From positions 5,270,001 through 5,334,000 of the forward strand of contig CM022679.1 in the NCBI GenBank assembly GCA_012295275.1: a stretch of 64,000 nucleotides of DNA, written 5' to 3'. Position numbers and translations under genes: made by a program. This document shows positions 57,396 through 64,000 of this stretch, piece after piece (the first letter of the stretch is position 1; each line of letters opens with the position of its first letter). The DNA is from Chrysomallon squamiferum (Eukaryota; Animalia; Mollusca). The notes beneath the pieces were generated by a model. It saw only the letters and a list, made by a program, of their open reading frames with translations. It did no database searches and was not told the origin of the DNA.

Positions 57396-58269
57396 CACCA
57401 TCCCCAAGAGTTCAGCACCGCTTTCATCAGGCAATATACTAAAACCTGCTCCGTTTTTGTTACAGACATAAAATTTATCGAGTCGATTTATTATCAATCA
57501 CATTGACTTGTTCATATTTGTCCTTCCTCGCGCACAAACTGATTACTTCCAGCCGACCTTCGATTCCGCATGTCAGGGTTGCACACGCCTCACTGGGTTA
57601 CGTCTTTGCGATGACGTCGGTCAAAAATCATTGCCTGAAACGGGCAACAAAAGAGTGATTGGAGACCGTTCATTTGGAAAATGCTCGCGATATGCCGAAG
57701 TGTGTCGAGCTGCTGTTTACACGATTTCTCTGCTGATATCGAGCGCTGAGACTTCGCTCGAGAGTTCAGCGTCTTCCAGATCGTTTTCTTTTATGGACAC
57801 TTCTCATGGCGCTCCACGTGGAGATGGTCTCCGTTTCTTAATAGTTTAGTTTGTTAAGTGTATATCTTGTTCTCTGTTCAAACAAAGGAAAGCTACTATA
57901 ATTAATCTCCAGTGCTTTACTTAGTTATCTGCTGTTGTACTTAGGACCGAGTGTGCAGAGTTCTATGTTTGTTAAAAGACGCCTTTTGGGGTGTATTCTG
58001 ATTAGGTTTCTTTTACTTAATCAGGATATATATTATTTGTACAATCAGTATGTACAGTTGTCTCTATAATCAAAGCTTTGTATAATTTCTGTCGATTTCT
58101 TGTAAAATAATTTGTTAAATCTATGAATTAAGTGTCACAATTATACAAAAAGTTACACATCTGATGCCTAGTAAGATGTTCTTAAAAAGTTCATTCCTTT
58201 ATTAATTCAAGTTATTTATAACGTTGCATCTTCTGAAGCCGTTCCTCTAACAATATAACTTTAATACTC

Positions 58270-58505
58270 TCTTTGACTGATTAGTGAAAGGTTCTGGTAT
58301 TTCCTTTCCGACCCATGGGAGTTATTAAAAAAATTAATATTAATAAAAAATGCAAAACAAAATTCATACTCAGATTATAAAAGGAGTAGTCGTTTTTGTG
58401 ACTGCAGCGGGTTTCTTCTCTATTTATCTACATGGTTGTCAACCATAATGCTGAATTACTATAGTTTACATTATGTTAAATGCATCGTTAAATAAAATAT
58501 TTATT
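58270..58505 (+). mobile_element. Degenerate SINE body/tail
   Basis: GCAGCGGGTTTCTTCTCT...AACCATA...GCATCGTTAAATAAAA. The tail motif CGTTAAATAAAA is also present at 3059-3070. Confidence 0.4.
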
Positions 58506-60089
58506 TAATTCCGAGAAACGTTAATAAAAGATACTTTTTTAATCTTCAGCTGATACTAGACCATTTTAAATGACTAACCCATTGACGTTTACCGTATTAA
58601 TATTTATTTAGTATTTTTTATTATTATTATTATTATTATTATTTTTTTTTTTTTTGACGAAAAGCTCCGTAGACAAAACAAACATAATTAAGAGAATCGT
58701 ACAACGTGTAATTCTCATTGTTTGTTCTCCACTCTATCATCTTATTGTCTGTGAGACAAAGAACTCGACTGAACCCGAGAGAAACTCCAGTAATTGTCTG
58801 CCATTACCAGCAAGATTTAATTTTCCTTTTCCTTTGGTCTGTTGTTAAACAAGGGAAGCTTACATAAAACGTTCCATCCAAGCCACTATTATCGAACCTC
58901 ACCTGCTATTACTTAAAAGGCAAAAGTCAAACGTAAATTACCTGAGACTAATTGCTAAATCAAAACCAATGGCGTTTGTCGATATTAATGTTTTACGTTC
59001 GAGACGTGAATTAGAAAACTCACTGAAGAGGTTGAAGATGATTGCGTAGTCTGCAGGAAGGGAAGGAAGAACAGAATAACAGCCATGTGTTTAACTGAAT
59101 TATGAGAATATTGGATAACGTTTTATATTGCATGATACATGAAAGGGCATACACTACAAAATAATATACTGACACAAAATATAACGGAGATAAAAAAAAA
59201 ATTTTTAAAAATTGAATGTGAGATGACTAACTGATTTTTCAATCGGTACATTTTCAAAACACTTTTCCGGGTTTGAAATCAGTGACTTTAGAGGCATGAA
59301 CTTATAAATTATGAATAATTTAAGACAGCATGTATATATGTCTGTTTGTATAAATAAGAAAAAATGAAAATAAAAATAAGACCACTCAATGTTAGTTTTA
59401 GGTATTTACGGTCCAGTCAGATGCTAAGTTTCTTTTACAACTTTAAAACTCAGATATAACTGTTGAACTGTCGTGAATAGGACATCTTCCAGGAGGCAAA
59501 TACTGGAGAATTAATACAGTACGGCAATACATACCAGACAACCTTTCTATCCACTGAGCCTCAGCCGTCTCCCAATTTACTAACATTAATTCGAAGCAAT
59601 GTTTTGAGAGGTTTATATCAGTAACACGTAATTGTCACTTATTTAAAAATTAGCTCGAGGTGGGTTTTTTCATTATTTATAAAATGGACGTTACTTCACC
59701 TCCATTTTGCCATTTGTTAAATGGAGCAGGATATTTCCTCCATCAAAAAGAGAGAACCGCAGAACGCTGGCCTGAAACGTCTTTCCGTCTTTAGTTGAAG
59801 TGCTTGTCCGCCGCAGGCAGAAAAACCTCGCGAACCCGCGTAATTGGGATCGCTAAGCATTGAACACGTTTCTTCTCTTTTCACAAGCAGCTTATGATCA
59901 ATCATCACTGTTTGTTTCCATGTGCTCGTGTGCGCAGCTCAAGCAAATTGCCGAAATTAGAAACTTCGTAATCACGACAACCGCATCCTCGACAGCCGAT
60001 GATGAATTCGAAAGTTCCGCATTTTAAGGTCATCCTATTGAGTTCCACATTTCAGATGGATATTAATCATACTCGTTAGGGAGATACGG

Positions 60090-60167
60090 ATATTATCATT
60101 TAAATAGCATTCGTTAGATTATCGTTCAAACAGCATTCATTATATTGTCATTTAAGAAGCGTTCATT
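60090..60167. repeat. 26-bp minisatellite x3
   Basis: ATATTATCATTTAAATAGCATTCGTT / AGATTATCGTTCAAACAGCATTCATT / ATATTGTCATTTAAGAAGCGTTCATT. Confidence 0.85.
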
Positions 60168-60169
60168 AG

Positions 60170-60202
<33 letters not shown>

Positions 60203-61558
60203 AACATTTTCCAAAAGGCTGTTCTTTCCTTGCAGCATTTTATGTCTTCGTTTGAAAGTGTTTCAAGATATTTTTATTCATGGTTAATTAACAAAGTACT
60301 TTATTTGTGTGTGTATATATTGAGGCCAAAAGCTTGTCGAAATTTTAGTTGAAAGAAAATCGCTGAAATTAATGGTATTTTAAATAAAACTGATGGACAT
60401 AATAAGTGTTTTCTACCAAGCAGAGAAATGTTTGACAGCTAAATGGTTATTAGATCAAATTGAATAGATTTTTAACCTTTTAAATGCTTATTTGTATAAT
60501 ATAAACTCATATTGTAAATGGTCTTCTTTAAAAGTTAAAACATTTTTTTTATTTATTTATTTGTTTGTTTGTTTGTTTGTTTGTTTGTTTATGTATTTTA
60601 TTTTACTTATCTACGTATCTGTCTGTCTGTCTGTATTTTATCTGTCTATCTATTTTATTTTGTTCTATATTTATTATTTTTTCATTTATTTTAATACAAT
60701 GTCTTACCAAACGGAAAGGAAACCAAACGGTTAGCAAAGAATCACTTAGGAACAGGAAAACACATACCACAGTCTTTTATTAAATAGCTAGAATAGGAAA
60801 ATGCTTCAGTAGCTCTACGTGTACAAGCAAACCGAACCCAGCGAAGGATTATTTGAAATGTTGTATATACGTAACACTCCATCATGGCTTTCCTGCAGCT
60901 CATAAACCAAGCAACACCGAAACAATTTCAAGACATTTGCCTAACTAGAAACTGGAAACTGTCTCCGCTCAACATTTACATAAATAATTGGTTGTGCAAA
61001 TCGCAGAACGGACAGAAGCAAATAGTCGTGAACAGGAACAAGACTTTCTCGCCTTCAGGCTAACTTTTCGTCGAAGAGTTAGACTCAATCAATTACTGTT
61101 TGGGTCAGTAGTTCATCGTATTAAGATTCTGTGACGATATGGCGCTACGTATGGAAATGAAAGCCGCCTTTCGAGTGTCTCAAAACATGTTGCATTTCTA
61201 GATTCTTCAGATTTGCCAAATGAAATCAGTAACGTTGTGTGCTTATCTGCCGCACTGTTAGGATTATCGTTCTTCAGTAACACACTAACCTCGATATGTC
61301 AGGCCTAATTCTGATACCGGTTGTCTCGTTCAAGCCAGACGTTTTCGTGCGACTTTTTTTTCAAAAAGGATAAGTCGAAAATCATGAGTTGTGTTAAGCA
61401 TGGCAATACATTATTATCAGCTGATTTTTTTGTCTTTTTTTTGTTGTTGTTGTTTGGTTGTTTTGTGTTAGCTTTTTGATTTTTTTGTTTTGTTCTAACA
61501 GGCTGTTTATCAGTTAAATAATGGATGTAATGGTAATAAAACAGACCAGAAAAACAAG

Positions 61559-61627
<69 letters not shown>

Positions 61628-62606
61628 GAGAGAGTTACCATGGGAAAAATTATTTATTTTATACATCTCCAATCAAAGCTCCGGTAACAGGAGTTGATCT
61701 CGGTACAAAACAGTCTAAAGGCCAGTACTTAACCACTGATACTAGTTTCTATATATCTTTCTGAGAAAGATTGATTGACTTTTGTTTCGATTTCATTTCG
61801 TCTAATCCAATCGTGTGTGCAATTCAGTATCCATTTCAACGTGTCAAGAAGAAATAAATTTTACGTTTTACAACCGAAAGGCTGACGGAAATCATTCCTT
61901 CGTCATTTCAATCGAAGCAGACGGCTAGCAGAAAGCGACAGTATTTCTGAAAAATGACACCAAATTAAAGGCTTGAATGCTTACGCCGACTGATCGAGCC
62001 AAATTATTGGTAAACATTTGACAGTAAAGAGGCTGCTTCATTCCCAATCAGCCGGCGTTTGTGTGAAACCCTTCACTGGACATTTGCGAACGTTCCGCCA
62101 TTACGCTACCCTTCCCGATACCAGTCAAATAAATGTGATAAGCGGAAATAAGCCGAAATGTTGTTAATTCGCGACTCTAATCAAATATCGCGCTTTCTTC
62201 ACCTGCTTTCTTTTCAAACGGCGGGGCGATGGTAGGACAATAATTTCGTTAAGAAGGAGACGAGTCTCACAAATCCGCCATGCTGGACGAACAGATAAGG
62301 CAAATTGTATATTGAATTGCACTAAACTTTGGTCATCTATTTTAAACTTGACGGTAAACTCGAATGTTAAAAAGGCGGCGTGCACCAATCCTGTTTGCTT
62401 ATCTGTGTTAAATGTCATAACAAGTGACAGGATTTTATTTGAACAGGGACCCGCTGCGCATTAATCATCTGCGAAATCTAATTGATTTTTCAAAAGCTCG
62501 TTTGCTTTTTATTTCCTAAGATTTTGTTTCTCTCTGTCATAATGTCGGTTCTAATTTCCACTGTTTTTGTGTTGTTCTTGTTTTTTTTTTTTGTTGTTGT
62601 TTTTTG

Positions 62607-62644
<38 letters not shown>

Positions 62645-63039
62645 TTTTATGTCATTTTATTAATTTAGTTTTATTTATTTATATGTGTAATTGTTTGTTT
62701 GGTTGTTTGTTTGGTTGGTTGGTTCTTTTTTCTTTATACGTTAGTTTCTTCAGATACTTATTTTTAATTAACTGAATTTAATTTTGTGAACACAGGCACG
62801 CACACACACACACACACACTCATTTAGTGTATTTGTGTATTCTCGTTACCTCACTTGCATAAAGCCAAGTTCCTAGGAAACAAACATTTTCTTATCTTTT
62901 TTTTTTTAGAAAATATGTGGAATTTCGAATTCTTCCATGCTGCAACGATATTGCGCTTTCTTTCTCGAGATTACATTTTATTACTTATAAATGTCAGTAG
63001 AAAAATCAGTTATCCTTCCCATTAATACATCTCTCTCTC

Positions 63040-63137
<98 letters not shown>

Positions 63138-63969
63138 CGTAATTATTTTCTTTCCTTTTTCTCTGTTTCTGTTCTTTCATAACATATACCCATAAAAATT
63201 CAGACAAAATGAAAAAAAAAATATATAAAAATGCAAAATAATAAATCTCAAATCCTTTATTTTTCAATCAGTCTGTTTCAAATTCTTTGAGAATTCACAT
63301 ATTATATCTCACTCATTGCTCAAATATTGTTTTTAACTGTCATCATTCTTAGAGATTTGGCAGATTTCTTATTTTATTATTATTATTTTTTGTTCCTCTT
63401 GGCATTCCACGTATAGCCTATCGAACTGCGGGTCTTAAAGCTCTAGGTTATTCTCCTAAGGCAAACATAACACTATGAATTATTTTTTTCCTTCTATCCT
63501 TTGAAAATACTGATCAGATGATAGACTCGCACAATGCAATTTTCTTCTCCCGAAGCAAACAGTAATCTTCTTTGTCAAAAAAAAAAAAAAAAAAAAAAAA
63601 ATCATCTATAACAGGGCCAGTGAGAAACATAGCTTAGAAACTGAACATCAAATCTGTACTTTATTTTTGAAATGAAAATAAGCACAAAAGTATTAATGTT
63701 GCTTTTACCACTGTTGTTACTTAAATTATATTACTACTACCGTTACCACAAATACCACAAGTACTATTACTGAACGACCACAACGTTCGACAATGCCAGC
63801 TACTACTACTACTACACAGTTACATCTGACCTTCTATTAGCATTACTGCTACTAGTGCTACCGCTACTACTGTTATCACTAGTATTACTAATCCTAGTTC
63901 TTGTTCTTCTACTATAATTACACTACCGATACTACTACTATGCTGCTACTACCTCTACTACTACTACTT

Positions 63970-64000
<31 letters not shown>

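Noticed and set aside
57361-57400. Intact tRNA gene
   Set aside because: Only a T-arm-like fragment is present, with no acceptor stem or D-arm, so it was treated as a SINE relic.
57508-57849. 113-aa ORF containing DYFQPTFDSAC, vaguely like the M13 DFY.FAC motif
   Set aside because: Wrong spacing, no GxW, and no AG acceptor before the Asp codon.

Overview
AT-rich, microsatellite-saturated animal genomic DNA, probably molluscan (inferred from repeat style and histone/SINE motifs, not proven). Almost all ORFs in the supplied track are translations of simple repeats. Two protein-coding signals are well supported. (1) A solitary, intronless, arginine-rich linker-histone H1/H5-like (protamine-like candidate) gene at 20886-21392 (+), with an H1-box, a TATA box and a perfect histone 3' stem-loop. 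Its C-terminal tail is built from three 58/59-bp repeats read in two different frames. (2) The first two recognisable coding exons of an M13 (neprilysin/ECE-like) type II membrane metallopeptidase at 32769/32787-33182 and 50597-50674 (+), about 17.4 kb apart; the rest of the gene was not found in the window. A weaker minus-strand candidate exon lies at 6723-6640. The remainder is microsatellite, degenerate tRNA-derived SINE relics, MITE-like elements, diverged minisatellites and CpG-rich patches with CRE/kB motifs. There are no prokaryotic features, CRISPR arrays, rRNAs or intact tRNAs.
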